DNA of 62,598 nt, counting the filler, from Deltaproteobacteria bacterium (lineage in GTDB: Bacteria > CG2-30-53-67), in NCBI GenBank assembly GCA_013151235.1. It is 4 parts of 4 records of this genome, joined end to end, with 100 filler letters (N's around TTAATTAATTAA, not from the genome) between each part and the next. Parts side by side here need not be neighbours in the genome. Positions count along the whole stretch, not along the records: positions 33,517 to 58,896 come from JAADIO010000050.1; 3 more parts are not named here. One strand, 5' to 3'. A model generated the notes under the pieces. That model was not told where the DNA came from, did no database searches, and saw nothing but the letters and a program-made list of their open reading frames with translations. The stretch's first letter is position 1. Every line of letters begins with the position of its first letter. Of the stretch, positions 37,994 through 48,266 are shown one piece after another. The position numbers and the translations under genes are program-made.

Positions 37994-38054
37994 TGGAGCG
38001 TTACGTATGCTTTACACTCATCGAAGGGGGGGAGAACTTCGATGATTCCGTGGA

Positions 38055-39041
38055 TCAAGGAAAAACCTTTTGCACTTCCTCCTCCATCCGGTGGTAGTCG
38101 TCTATCATGTTTTTGCGGTGGAGGGAGGGGAGGATCTTCTCCGCTTTTTTCAATGTGTTCGAGGCATTTTCTCCTTCTCCCTGTTTCCGGTAGAGATCCG
38201 TCAGGAGGAGCAGGTCCTCCATTGCCCCTGCCGAATCCCCATCGGCCCGGTGGGAGAGGAAGGCCCGTTTCAGGTAGGCCTCCGCCTGCGCAGGATTGCC
38301 TTGCCGGTTGGACAACCTTCCTAATCGTTGCAGGTCGAGGGCGATTCCGGGAGGATCTTCCAGCCGGCGGTGTTTCTTCAGGGCTGAAGTCAGCAGCGCC
38401 GAGGCCGTGTCCGGATTACCCTGGTGGAGGGCCAGCAGGCCCAGGTCACTCTCCCGCATCGCCGTCCCCTTCTCGTCGTTCCGGGACCGGGCCAGATCGA
38501 GCGCCTGCTTGAGATCGACTTCGGCCTTTTCCCATTGTTGCAGAGCAAGCTCTAATTGTCCCCTTCGTCCCAGAGCGGCCTGCAGGCGTCTTTCGTCTCC
38601 GAGGGAGCGGGCCGCCGACTCGGCCCTGTCATAGGAGGAGAGGGCGGCCTTGTCCTTGTCCTCCATCTCTCTTGCGGCGCCGATATGAATATCGAAATCG
38701 ATTTGTGCCGCAGTGTCCCCGACCTCTTCGGCGATCGACAACCCTTCCTGCAGGAAGGGCAGCGCCTCTGAGGGATTGCCCCGCCGCAGTCGGAGCGCCG
38801 CGAGATTGTTCAGGTTATCCAATATCCCCCTGCGTGCATCGATCCGGCGGTTCAATTGCAGGGCGTGCAGAAAATCAGCCTCCGCCGCCTCAAGATCACC
38901 TTGTGCATATTCTTTGATCCCCCGCCGGTTAAGATCGCCGGCCCGATCCCCCAGGGATCTTGTCACGGGCCGGGGCGCGGCACAGGAGAAGAGGCCGATC
39001 ACCAGAAGGACCCACAGGATCCGGAAAGGTCTCGCGATCAT
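38055..39041 (-). CDS. TPR-repeat lipoprotein
   Basis: Lipobox LFSC and helical TPR-like repeats; ATGA overlap with mlaD. Confidence 0.75.
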   Translation of the reverse strand: MIARPFRILWVLLVIGLFSCAAPRPVTRSLGDRAGDLNRRGIKEYAQGDLEAAEADFLHALQLNRRIDARRGILDNLNNLAALRLRRGNPSEALPFLQEGLSIAEEVGDTAAQIDFDIHIGAAREMEDKDKAALSSYDRAESAARSLGDERRLQAALGRRGQLELALQQWEKAEVDLKQALDLARSRNDEKGTAMRESDLGLLALHQGNPDTASALLTSALKKHRRLEDPPGIALDLQRLGRLSNRQGNPAQAEAYLKRAFLSHRADGDSAGAMEDLLLLTDLYRKQGEGENASNTLKKAEKILPSLHRKNMIDDYHRMEEEVQKVFP

Positions 39042-40069
39042 GGTCGGCTCTCCTCATAGGAAATCGGTCGGTTGCCGAGGAGGATCCGTTCCTCCGTGCC
39101 GGTCCTCCGGGGGAGGTTCCTCCGGATGAGCCAACTTCGTTTGGCCGCCTCGACCACATCCTCCGCTCCCTGGGCGGCATTCCGGAAAGATCCGGCAATG
39201 GCCGGCAGCTCCCGGGAAGCGGCATGAAGATTCCGTACCGTTTCATCGGCCTCGGCGGCGATTCGGGGGAGATGTTTCGTTCCAGCCCGTACATCGCCGG
39301 TTACGGCGCTGAGGTTTTCCATGGTTTTTCGTGTCGATGTAAAAATTGCCGGAAGTTGCCCGGAGGCACGGTCGATTTTGAGGGCGGTCTTTTTCACTTC
39401 ATCGGCGGCGGTCCGGGCGGAATTGCTCAGACGGATCAGTTTGTCATAAAGGGCGGGATCGTTGACGGCCTTCCCGAAGGAGCCCCTTCCTTCGTCGATC
39501 TTCTTAACGATATTGCCGGCGTGTTCCATGGTTTCGCTCAGGTGAAGGTCCTGCATGGCGAACTCTCCGCTGATGCTGGAGATGTAGCTCAGGATCTTGT
39601 CCAGTTTTTCCGCCATGGGAATGACCTGGTCGATGAATTGTGCGACATCGAAGGGGTTCTTTGCCTGGATTTCCATCCCGTCTCTGAGTATTCCCTTGAT
39701 CTTTGACCCGATCGTGATCTCCACACTCTTGTCTCCGAGGATGCCTACGGAACTGATGGTGGCGACGGAATCGCTCCGGATCTGGTAGCGATAGCGCTTC
39801 CGCAGGGAAAGGGTGGCTACGATTTTGCCGCCCGGAGTAAATTTCAGACTCTCCACATTCCCGACCTCCAGACCGGCCAGCCGGACGGGAGCGCCGATCT
39901 TCAGCCCTCCGATTTCGGAGAATTCAGCTCGCAGGCGGTACCGCGGCTCAAAAAGTTTTTGCTTGCCTGCGATGGAGAAGACCAGGACGGAAACGGCGGC
40001 GATCCCGAGGAGGACGAAGATCCCCACCATCGTCTCGGTTTTATGTGATTCCGGTGTTGCCATAGTCAC
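39038..40069 (-). CDS. mlaD: MlaD/MCE-family protein with long helical tail
   Basis: ETMVGIFVL, GGLKIGAPVRLAG, GILGDKSVEI. Confidence 0.82.
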   Translation of the reverse strand: MTMATPESHKTETMVGIFVLLGIAAVSVLVFSIAGKQKLFEPRYRLRAEFSEIGGLKIGAPVRLAGLEVGNVESLKFTPGGKIVATLSLRKRYRYQIRSDSVATISSVGILGDKSVEITIGSKIKGILRDGMEIQAKNPFDVAQFIDQVIPMAEKLDKILSYISSISGEFAMQDLHLSETMEHAGNIVKKIDEGRGSFGKAVNDPALYDKLIRLSNSARTAADEVKKTALKIDRASGQLPAIFTSTRKTMENLSAVTGDVRAGTKHLPRIAAEADETVRNLHAASRELPAIAGSFRNAAQGAEDVVEAAKRSWLIRRNLPRRTGTEERILLGNRPISYEESRP

Positions 40070-40090
40070 CTCTCTTTTTGTCCGATGTTC

Positions 40091-40846
40091 TCATCCATAA
40101 AGAAATTCCCGGACCCTGGGGTCCGTACTCTCTTGAACCTCTTCCAGCGGGACGGTCAGGAGGATTTTCCCTTCGTGAAGCATGGCCACCCGGTCCGCTG
40201 CCTTGAAGGTGAGACGAATATCATGGGTCACCACGAGGGAGGTGATCCCGAGACGGAGTTGCAGCTCCCGGATCAGGTCGGCAATGGTGTCGGAGGTGAC
40301 GGGGTCGAGCCCCGTTGTCGGTTCATCATAGAGAATGATCTTCGGTTCCATGGCGATGGTTCGTGCCAGGGCCACCCGTTTCTGCATCCCTCCGGAGAGT
40401 TCCGAAGGCATCTTTTCCTGGATCTCTCCCAATCCCACCATCGAAAGGAGGCGGCTGACCTTTGTGTCGATTTCGGACCTGGAAAGATCGGTGTGCACAT
40501 CGAGGGGGAAGGCGATGTTGTCCCGGACGTTCATCGAATCGAAGAGGGCGGAACCCTGAAAGAGAAAGCCGACGTTGCACCAGAGTTCTTTCCATTCCGC
40601 TTCCTTCCGGAAATCCGTTACCACATGGTCGAGGATACGAATCCGTCCCGCATCGGGGGTAATCAGGCCGATGAGGGTCCCCAGGAAAACCGATTTGCCC
40701 GAGCCGCTTCCTCCTAAAAGGACAATCGATTCTCCTTCAAAAAGGTCCATGTCGATGCCTCTTAAGACCGGCTGGTCTTCGAAGGTTTTGGTGACTCCTT
40801 TCGCCGAGAGGATCGGATCTTTTCCGTTTTTGGAATGTTCCATCAT
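40091..40846 (-). CDS. mlaF: MlaF-type ABC ATPase
   Basis: GGSGSGKS, FQGSALFDS, LSGGMQKRVALAR, YDEPTTGLDP. Confidence 0.88.
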   Translation of the reverse strand: MMEHSKNGKDPILSAKGVTKTFEDQPVLRGIDMDLFEGESIVLLGGSGSGKSVFLGTLIGLITPDAGRIRILDHVVTDFRKEAEWKELWCNVGFLFQGSALFDSMNVRDNIAFPLDVHTDLSRSEIDTKVSRLLSMVGLGEIQEKMPSELSGGMQKRVALARTIAMEPKIILYDEPTTGLDPVTSDTIADLIRELQLRLGITSLVVTHDIRLTFKAADRVAMLHEGKILLTVPLEEVQESTDPRVREFLYG

Positions 40847-41628
40847 TATCCCCCCAGAAGGAGCAGGAAAGTCTGGCTCAGAAAAACGTCGGAGATAAAG
40901 ATCATCAGGGAAGTGACGACCACCGTCCGGGTCGTGGCGGCGCCGACGCCGGTCGTCCCTCCCTTTGCATTAAATCCCTCGTAGGTGCTGACGACACCGA
41001 TCACGAGTCCGAAGAATCCCGCCTTCATCAGGCCGGGGATCAGGTCAATCATTTCAATGAATTCAAAAGTGATATCAAGGTAGAGCCCGGCGCTGATCCC
41101 CCCCCGGGTGACTCCCATCAGGAGACCCCCTGCGATGCCTAAGAGATCGGCAAAAGCGGTCAGCAGCGGTACGGCGATCAGGCAGGCGAGGATCCGGGTC
41201 AGGACGAGATATTTCATCGGGTTGACGGCCAGGACCTTCAGGGCATCGATCTGCCGGGTGACCCGCATGGATCCGATCTCGGCGCTGATCCCCGATCCGG
41301 CCCGTCCGGCGACCATGAGGGCGGTCAGGACCGGCCCCAATTCCTTGACCACGGAAAGCCCCACGGCTGCCGCCACATAATGAACGGCTCCGAATTCTTT
41401 CAGGAGGTGGATGGAATGCATGGAGAGGACAATTCCGATTGCGAAGGAGGAGATGATGACCAGCGGGATGGTCTTGATCCCGATCTCCATGACCTGGTGA
41501 ACGATCAGACGGAAGAAGAAGGGGCGCTGAAAGAGATGGCGGAAAGAAGAGAAGGCGAAGAGAGTCAGCTCACCCATGTATTGAGCGAAGGCAATGATCC
41601 GGCTTCCCGTTCCCGAAACGACACGCAT
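40846..41628 (-). CDS. mlaE: MlaE-type ABC permease
   Basis: KELGPVLTALMVAGRAGS..AEIGSM..QIDAL, GVGAATT; start uncertain. Confidence 0.88.
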   Translation of the reverse strand: MRVVSGTGSRIIAFAQYMGELTLFAFSSFRHLFQRPFFFRLIVHQVMEIGIKTIPLVIISSFAIGIVLSMHSIHLLKEFGAVHYVAAAVGLSVVKELGPVLTALMVAGRAGSGISAEIGSMRVTRQIDALKVLAVNPMKYLVLTRILACLIAVPLLTAFADLLGIAGGLLMGVTRGGISAGLYLDITFEFIEMIDLIPGLMKAGFFGLVIGVVSTYEGFNAKGGTTGVGAATTRTVVVTSLMIFISDVFLSQTFLLLLGG

Positions 41629-41689
41629 GGTCCGTACTCTTACGACAGGATATGGAGGGGAGCGGAATGGAGCCGGGAGCCATCCGGAT

Positions 41690-42325
41690 TCAGTTCCGCG
41701 TATAGACCGATTTGTCGCCGACATCAAGATCCGCCGCCATTATTTCTTTCCGCGCGGCAAAAATACAAAGAAAAAATGCGTCCAGACAGAGCAGAATAAA
41801 TGCCGGAAAGGGATGGAGCCACCGGAAGAGATGTCCCAGGACCAGCACCGGCGTCACGGCGGCAAAAAGGATTGCCTCGATCATTCCGAAACAGAAGGCC
41901 TCCTTGACCGTGATTCCGCACAGCGCCGCCAGGACAAAGCCGAACCCGAGCGTCCCGTAGGGGGTCAGGTAGAGAATCTCCAGGAACTGCCGGGGGGTGA
42001 CAAAAGAGATGGCGGCAAAAACCGTGACCGACACAAGACCGATTCCGAAAAGGAGTTTCAGCAGGGTATGGAACTGTCGGATGTAAAGATGAATCATTAT
42101 CACGGAGGTTCCCGTCCCGGCGATGAGCAGAAGAACCGCTGTGACGAGGATGGCCTGATGGTCTGCGAGCCATGCCGTGGCGGAGGCGGCCTCCCACCCA
42201 CGGGTCAACCCGATCAATGCCGCCGTCAGGACAAAGGCCAGGGCGGAGACGACGATCCCGCCGCGGTAGATCCGGACGCCGCGCAGGTCGAGCGGAGTAA
42301 TCTCAAGGGTTTCAGGACCTTCCAT
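41690..42325 (-). CDS. DUF2301-like integral membrane protein
   Basis: IHLY, GITVKEAFCF, LGHL, DVGDKSV motifs. Confidence 0.72.
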   Translation of the reverse strand: MEGPETLEITPLDLRGVRIYRGGIVVSALAFVLTAALIGLTRGWEAASATAWLADHQAILVTAVLLLIAGTGTSVIMIHLYIRQFHTLLKLLFGIGLVSVTVFAAISFVTPRQFLEILYLTPYGTLGFGFVLAALCGITVKEAFCFGMIEAILFAAVTPVLVLGHLFRWLHPFPAFILLCLDAFFLCIFAARKEIMAADLDVGDKSVYTRN

Positions 42326-42441
42326 CGTATTTTTCCCTTTCCCGCCGGGGACGAATGTGAAGCCGGAGGGCTAACCTTCTGATATTTTCATGCCTGATCC
42401 GTAATGATATCATATCTCAAGAGGGGGGTGGGTGTAAAGCG

Positions 42442-43977
42442 TTACAGCTCCATTCGGACACGGTCCAGGCTCCGGTACTGGAGCGCTTCAGCCAGATGGT
42501 CGGAGCGGATCCTCTCCGATCCCTCAAGATCTGCGATCGTCCGGGCGACCTTAAGGATCCGGTGATAGGCCCGGGCGGAAAAGCCGAGGTCGGCCATGGC
42601 CTCCTGGAGCATCCGTTCCGAGGTTGGATCGATCGTACAATATTCTTCGATCATCCGGGGGGTCATGTGGGCCGTACAGGGAATGCCGTCGGCTTGATAC
42701 CGCTCCGCCTGGATCTTTCGGGCATTATTGATCCGCTGCCGGATCTGCAGGGAGTGTTCCCCCTGCCGGGCGGAGGAGAGTTGATGATAGGGGACGGCCG
42801 GAACTTCCACCTGAATGTCGATCCGGTCGATCAGGGGGCCTGAGATCCGGTTCCGGTACCGTTCGATCTGATGCGGGGAACACCGGCAGGTATGATAGGG
42901 ATCTCCGAAGTAACCGCAGGGGCAGGGGTTCATGGAGGCGACCAGCATGAATCGGGCGGGATAGGTCAGCGAGCCGGCGGCCCGGGAGATGGTAACGCAG
43001 CCGTCCTCCAGGGGTTGACGGAGCGCCTCCAGGACATTCCGTCGAAATTCGGGGAATTCGTCCAGGAAGAGGATACCGTGATGGGCGATGCTCACTTCCC
43101 CCGGCTTCGGAAAAGTGCCGCCGCCGATCATTCCGGCATCGGAAATAGTGTGATGAGGGGCTTGAAATGGCCGAGAGGAAACAATCTGTTCCTCCGGGTT
43201 CAGCAGTCCCGCAACACTGTAGATTTTTGTGCAGTCGAGCGATTCCGCAAGGGTCAGCTCCGGCAGGATGGAGGGGAGGCGTTTGGAGAGCATCGTCTTG
43301 CCCGACCCGGGGGGGCCGATGAGGAGGATGTTATGCCCACCCGCACAGGCGACTTCGAGGGCGCGCTTGGCATGCTCCTGTCCCCGTACATCGCAAAAGT
43401 CGAGGTCTGTTGCCGACTGTTCCCGCAGCAGGGTGTAGAGGTCCGTCCGTTCCGGAGCAATATCGATTTCGTGATTGAGAAAGGACAGGGTCTCTGCCAG
43501 GGAACGGACCGGGTGGATATTGATTCCCCCGACGATGGCCGCCTCGGGCGCATTCTCCTTCGGAACGCACATGGCCCGGCATCCTTCCGTCTTGGCGCGG
43601 ATTGCCATGGGAAGAGCTCCCCGTATCGGCTTGATACTTCCGTTCAGGGAGAGTTCCCCCACGAACAGGTAGCCGGCGAGGGCGTCCTGTGGGATGATTC
43701 CCTGCCGGGTGAGTATCCCCAAGGCAATCGGGAGGTCGAATGCGGCGCCTTCTTTTTTCAGGTCGGCCGGGGCGAGGTTGACGGTGATCCGGTGCGTGGG
43801 AAATTTCTGCCCGGAGTTTTTGATGGCCGATCGCACCCGTTCTTTGCTCTCCTTGACTGCGATGTCGGCCATCCCGACGACCGAAAAGGCAGGGAGTCCC
43901 CGGGCCACATCGACTTCGACTTCCACGGGGACGGCATCAATGCCGATGACGCTACTGCTGAGAACTTTGGCAATCAT
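42442..43977 (-). CDS. comM: YifB/ComM Mg-chelatase-like AAA+ ATPase
   Basis: VNLAPADLKKEG..FDLPIA, GPPGSGKTML, LFLDEFPEF, MNPCPCG. Confidence 0.88.
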   Translation of the reverse strand: MIAKVLSSSVIGIDAVPVEVEVDVARGLPAFSVVGMADIAVKESKERVRSAIKNSGQKFPTHRITVNLAPADLKKEGAAFDLPIALGILTRQGIIPQDALAGYLFVGELSLNGSIKPIRGALPMAIRAKTEGCRAMCVPKENAPEAAIVGGINIHPVRSLAETLSFLNHEIDIAPERTDLYTLLREQSATDLDFCDVRGQEHAKRALEVACAGGHNILLIGPPGSGKTMLSKRLPSILPELTLAESLDCTKIYSVAGLLNPEEQIVSSRPFQAPHHTISDAGMIGGGTFPKPGEVSIAHHGILFLDEFPEFRRNVLEALRQPLEDGCVTISRAAGSLTYPARFMLVASMNPCPCGYFGDPYHTCRCSPHQIERYRNRISGPLIDRIDIQVEVPAVPYHQLSSARQGEHSLQIRQRINNARKIQAERYQADGIPCTAHMTPRMIEEYCTIDPTSERMLQEAMADLGFSARAYHRILKVARTIADLEGSERIRSDHLAEALQYRSLDRVRMEL

Positions 43978-44161
43978 GTGTGCAACAACCTTTGGGGAAG
44001 GGACGCAGACATTCCTTCCGGGTGATTGTGCATTACCGAGATATGGACTTCAAGCAGGGAAAAGCAAAGCGGGTAATTATGGACACTTGAAGAGGTTCTT
44101 GTAACGGAGGATACCCTAACACAATCATTTTGCGGAGGGCAACCTTTTTCCGGTTTTCGGT

Positions 44162-44190
44162 TTGACATCGCTTCCGGATTTTCATACACT
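44162..44190 (+). promoter_or_regulatory. Sigma-70-like promoter of aroE-aroK
   Basis: TTGACA-N17-TACACT. Confidence 0.65.
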
Positions 44191-44215
44191 CCCTGTTTAT
44201 AAGGAGGAATGCCCG

Positions 44216-45076
44216 ATGGAGATTCAGGGAAGCACCAGGATCGTAGGACTTTTCGGTTTTCCCGTCCGTCATACCTTTTCCCCGCCCATGCACAATGCCG
44301 CCTTTGCCGAAAGGGGGCTGGACTATGTCTATCTCCCCTTTGAGGTTCATCCTGAAAATCTGCCGGCGGCGGTGAAGGCCTTGGTCCCCCTCGGCATAGC
44401 AGGCGTCAATGTGACGATCCCCCACAAGGAAACGGTGATTCCCCTGCTCGACGAGATTTCCGGGACTGCGGAACGGATTGGCTCGGTCAACACGATCCGG
44501 GTGCGGGAGGGAAAACTCAAGGGATTCAATACCGACGCCTACGGTTTTGAAACGGCCCTTTTCAAGGACGGCGGCGTTTCTCTTTCCGGCAAAAAGATCT
44601 TCGTCATGGGGGCCGGCGGCGCCGCCCGTGCGGTTTGTTTCCAGTCGGCCCTTTCCGGCGCCGAAGAACTGGTGATTGCGGATGTTCTGGCCGAGCGGGC
44701 CGAAGCTCTCGCCTCCGCCGTGGCGGAGGCGGTTCCTGTTTGTCGTATTTCCACCTGTTCCGTGGAGATGGAGACCATCGAGAAGGCCGTGGCCGGCAAG
44801 GACCTGTTTGTGAATGCCACTCCCGTCGGGATGAAGGAAACGGATCCTCCCCTGATCCGGGTGGAATGGCTGGAACCTTCAACGACGGTTTTTGATGTGA
44901 TTTATAATCCCCTGGAGACGCGGCTTCTCCGTGAGGCAAAGGACCGGGGGTTGACCGTTGTGAACGGAATCGGGATGCTGGTCCATCAGGGTGCGCTGGC
45001 CTTTGAGATCTTTACCGGCCGGAAGCCTCCGGTGGAGACGATGTTGCAGGTACTGAAGGAAAGGTTTGAGTCGTGA
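44216..45076 (+). CDS. aroE: Shikimate dehydrogenase
   Basis: SPPMHN, NVTIPHK, SVNT, NTD, GAGGAARA, NATPVG, GMLVHQG. Confidence 0.93.
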   Translation: MEIQGSTRIVGLFGFPVRHTFSPPMHNAAFAERGLDYVYLPFEVHPENLPAAVKALVPLGIAGVNVTIPHKETVIPLLDEISGTAERIGSVNTIRVREGKLKGFNTDAYGFETALFKDGGVSLSGKKIFVMGAGGAARAVCFQSALSGAEELVIADVLAERAEALASAVAEAVPVCRISTCSVEMETIEKAVAGKDLFVNATPVGMKETDPPLIRVEWLEPSTTVFDVIYNPLETRLLREAKDRGLTVVNGIGMLVHQGALAFEIFTGRKPPVETMLQVLKERFES

Positions 45077-45606
45077 GGTGCAATGTCGTTCTCGTCGGTT
45101 TCATGGCGACCGGGAAAAGTACCGTCGGCCCGGCACTTGCTTCCCGGCTCTCTTTCCAGGTGATCGACACCGACGACCTGATCGAAGAGAAGGCGGGCAA
45201 GTCGATCTCCGAGATCTTCGCCCGGGACGGGGAGAAGGTTTTCCGGGAGCTTGAATCGGAGATCGCTCTCGAAGTCTCCCGCCGGAGGGGGCATGTAATT
45301 ATTACGGGCGGCGGGATTGTCCTCCGGGAGAGGAATCTGGCTGCCCTGAAAAAAGCCGGTCCCGTCTTCTGCCTTTCGGCCTCACCGGAGGAAATTCTGA
45401 GACGGACGGAGGGAACGAGCCACCGTCCTCTGTTGAAGACCGACAATCCCCTGGCACGGATCAAGGACCTTCTGAAGGTTCGGGAACCCTTTTATTCCCG
45501 GGCCGATTATACCATTGAGACGACGGGCATGTCGGTCCGGGAAGTCGTCGATTGCATTCTCGGCATTCTCCATACGAACCATCCCGCCCTTTTCGGTCCT
45601 TCATGA
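45073..45606 (+). CDS. aroK: Shikimate kinase
   Basis: GFMATGKSTVG, DTD, GEKVFRELE, TGGG, RPLL. Confidence 0.92.
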   Translation: MRCNVVLVGFMATGKSTVGPALASRLSFQVIDTDDLIEEKAGKSISEIFARDGEKVFRELESEIALEVSRRRGHVIITGGGIVLRERNLAALKKAGPVFCLSASPEEILRRTEGTSHRPLLKTDNPLARIKDLLKVREPFYSRADYTIETTGMSVREVVDCILGILHTNHPALFGPS

Positions 45607-45864
45607 GATCCGGATCAGGGTGCCGGGGTTGTAGGGGGTCGTGGGCCTTTGCCGCACCGTCGCCGACCGTAAGGTTTCGTACTTGTCGGGATCGCATTGG
45701 AAACTTTGAAGGCTTCGCAGGAAGGAAGTAACCGGAGAAACAACGTTTTTATAATTTTATGGCGCGGATGCTTGTATTCTTTTATCAAAATATGCTATAG
45801 TGTACATTCATTTTCTGCAACATCTTGAATATATTCTAAACTTTCCATGGAGGAATCCCTCGTG

Positions 45865-46683
45865 ATGAATACAATTGCAAGAGTATTCTCGGCAATTCTT
45901 GTGACATCTTTTCTGCTTTTGGGGTGTAAACCCCAGCAACCGCAAAACAAATCCGAGGAAACGCCGACCGCACAAACCCCCGTTGCGGAGAAGACCGCTG
46001 CGCCCCGGCTTCCTGCACCGCAGCCGGTTGCGGTGGGCAAAACCGGGAAAGTTGTGGAAACGATGAATGCCGGCGGCTATACCTACATCCGGGTTGATAC
46101 CGGGACGGAAAAGATTTGGGCTGCGGCTCCCGAGTTCAAGATCCAGGTCGGTCAGACGGTAACCGTTCCTCCCGGGGCGCCCATGGCGAACTACCACAGC
46201 AAGACCCTGAACCGGGATTTTGGCCTGATCTACTTTGTCCCCGCCATCAACGTTGGTGGAACGGTCTCCTCCGGTACGATGCAGCGGCCGATTCCGCCGG
46301 GACATCCGGCGCTGAATAGCCGACCCGCAAAATCCGGGATCGACCTCTCCGGGATTCAACGTGCGAAAGGGGGAGAAACCGTCGAAGAGGTTTTTGCCAG
46401 GAAAGCTGAGCTGAAAGGCAAGGAGATCCTGGTCCGGGGGAAGGTTGTAAAATATAATCCCCAGATCATGGGATTCAACTGGGTTCATATTGAGGACGGG
46501 ACCGGCAAAGAGGGGGTGAACGATCTGACCGTGACAACCCGTGATACGGTCCAGGCCGGAGATACGGTCTTGGTCAAGGGGAAATTGACCCTGAATAAAG
46601 ATTTCGGCGGGGGTTATATTTATGATGTTATTGTCGAAAACGGGAAGGTGACCGTGGAGGAAAAGAATCATGGTGGTTCTTGA
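45865..46683 (+). CDS. OB-fold lipoprotein (NrfJ-like)
   Basis: Lipobox [38 protein letters not shown]. Confidence 0.65.
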   Translation: MNTIARVFSAILVTSFLLLGCKPQQPQNKSEETPTAQTPVAEKTAAPRLPAPQPVAVGKTGKVVETMNAGGYTYIRVDTGTEKIWAAAPEFKIQVGQTVTVPPGAPMANYHSKTLNRDFGLIYFVPAINVGGTVSSGTMQRPIPPGHPALNSRPAKSGIDLSGIQRAKGGETVEEVFARKAELKGKEILVRGKVVKYNPQIMGFNWVHIEDGTGKEGVNDLTVTTRDTVQAGDTVLVKGKLTLNKDFGGGYIYDVIVENGKVTVEEKNHGGS

Positions 46684-47152
46684 TACCTCTCTCGGCCGGA
46701 TTACGGTTGAACTCTTCACCGACAAGGCACCGGTGACGGTAAAAAATTTTCTCGACTATGTTGATGAGGGTCACTTCGATGGGACTATTTTTCACCGGGT
46801 GATCTCCGGATTCGTTCTTCAGGGGGGTGGCCTGACGGAGGCAATGGAGGAAAAACCGACCCGTCCTCCCATCAAAAACGAGGCCGACAATGGTCTCTGC
46901 AATGAGCGAGGGACCTTCTCGATGGCGCGCACAAATGAGATCGATAGCGCCACCTCACAATTTTTTATCAATCTTGCTGACAATGCCTTTCTCGATCATA
47001 GCGACGACAACTTTGGTTATGCCGTTTTCGCCAAGGTAACGGACGGGATGGATGTGGTCGACAAGATTGCAGCCGTTCCAACGGGAAATCATGGTTTTCA
47101 TCAGGATGTGCCGGTTGATGCCGTAGTGATTCAGTCTATCCGGCGGGCCTGA
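46670..47152 (+). CDS. Cyclophilin-type peptidyl-prolyl isomerase
   Basis: [26 protein letters not shown]. Confidence 0.93.
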   Translation: MVVLDTSLGRITVELFTDKAPVTVKNFLDYVDEGHFDGTIFHRVISGFVLQGGGLTEAMEEKPTRPPIKNEADNGLCNERGTFSMARTNEIDSATSQFFINLADNAFLDHSDDNFGYAVFAKVTDGMDVVDKIAAVPTGNHGFHQDVPVDAVVIQSIRRA

Positions 47153-47253
47153 GCGGCGTTGACCAATCCGGTGACCTGACTTGGCAGCGCACAGGCGGAT
47201 ATTGAAGTCTTGTTCTATTGTATGAACAGAGTCCCTGCATCTTTTCACATGGC

Positions 47254-47281
47254 TTGACACTTCTCTTCTTTTCGTTACACT
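47254..47281 (+). promoter_or_regulatory. Sigma-70-like promoter of mscS
   Basis: TTGACA-N16-TACACT. Confidence 0.5.
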
Positions 47282-47387
47282 CCAATCGTACGTCCATATC
47301 ATTCGTGAATTGATCCGGCTCGGAGATGCATGGTCCCCTGCGTCGCGGGCTGAACCATCCCGGGGATGCAGGAAGGAGGAATTGCCC

Positions 47388-48233
47388 GTGGAGAATATTG
47401 TTGGGAAACTTTCGGAATGGTTTGCCTTTTATGGTCTGAAGGTTGTTGCGGCAGTTCTGATTCTGATGGTGGGCCGCTGGGCTGCGGGTACCGTCAAAAA
47501 AGTCGTAAATAAGATCATGACGAAACGGAACCTGGATCCGATAATCAAGTCCTTTGTGGGGCATCTTGTGTACATTGCCCTGATAGCCTTCGTAATTCTG
47601 GCGGCCCTGGGGCAGCTCGGGATCCAGACGACCTCCTTCATTGCCGTGATCGGTGCCGCCGGTCTGGCCATCGGCCTGGCCCTGCAGGGGTCTCTGGCCA
47701 ACTTTGCGGCGGGGTTTCTGATGATTCTCTTCCGCCCCTTCAAGGCAGGGGATTTTATCGAGGGCGCCGGTGTGGCAGGAACCGTGGAGGAAATCCAGGT
47801 CTTCAATACCCTGCTGAAGACGCCCGACAATAAAAGAATCATCGTCCCCAATGCCAAGTTAACCGGCGACAATATCATCAACTATTCCAGCAAAGAGACC
47901 CGGCGGGTCGATTTTGTCTTCGGTGTCGGGTATGACGATGATCTTCAGAACGTCAAAAGGGTTCTGTCGGAGCTGGTGGGGGCCGATCAACGGATCCTTA
48001 CGGATCCGGCACCGACGATCGGTGTGATGGAGTTGGCCGACAGCAGTGTCAATCTGGCCGTCCGGGTCTGGGTCAACGCTTCGGATTACTGGAATGTCTT
48101 TTTCGATATGATGGAGAAGGTGAAAATCCGTTTTGATTCGGAAGGGATCAGTATCCCCTATCCGCAGCAGGATGTGCATATTCACAATGGTGCCGCAGGG
48201 GTGGGTACGGAGGCTTACACGAAGGCAATCTGA
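47388..48233 (+). CDS. mscS: Small-conductance mechanosensitive channel
   Basis: GAAGLAIGLALQGSLANFAAG, RPFKAGD, IVPN, ISIPYPQ; GTG start after AAGGAGG. Confidence 0.92.
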   Translation: MENIVGKLSEWFAFYGLKVVAAVLILMVGRWAAGTVKKVVNKIMTKRNLDPIIKSFVGHLVYIALIAFVILAALGQLGIQTTSFIAVIGAAGLAIGLALQGSLANFAAGFLMILFRPFKAGDFIEGAGVAGTVEEIQVFNTLLKTPDNKRIIVPNAKLTGDNIINYSSKETRRVDFVFGVGYDDDLQNVKRVLSELVGADQRILTDPAPTIGVMELADSSVNLAVRVWVNASDYWNVFFDMMEKVKIRFDSEGISIPYPQQDVHIHNGAAGVGTEAYTKAI

Positions 48234-48266
48234 CCTGCGGCGGCAGCCGGGGAGTGCATCCGGGGA

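Noticed and set aside
45606-45730. REP or ncRNA after aroK
   Set aside because: Only a GTAGGGG-like stub with no matching arm or second copy.
47320-47375. Fluoride riboswitch before mscS
   Set aside because: GGAGATG is present, but the AACCGC and GCTGATGAC elements are missing.
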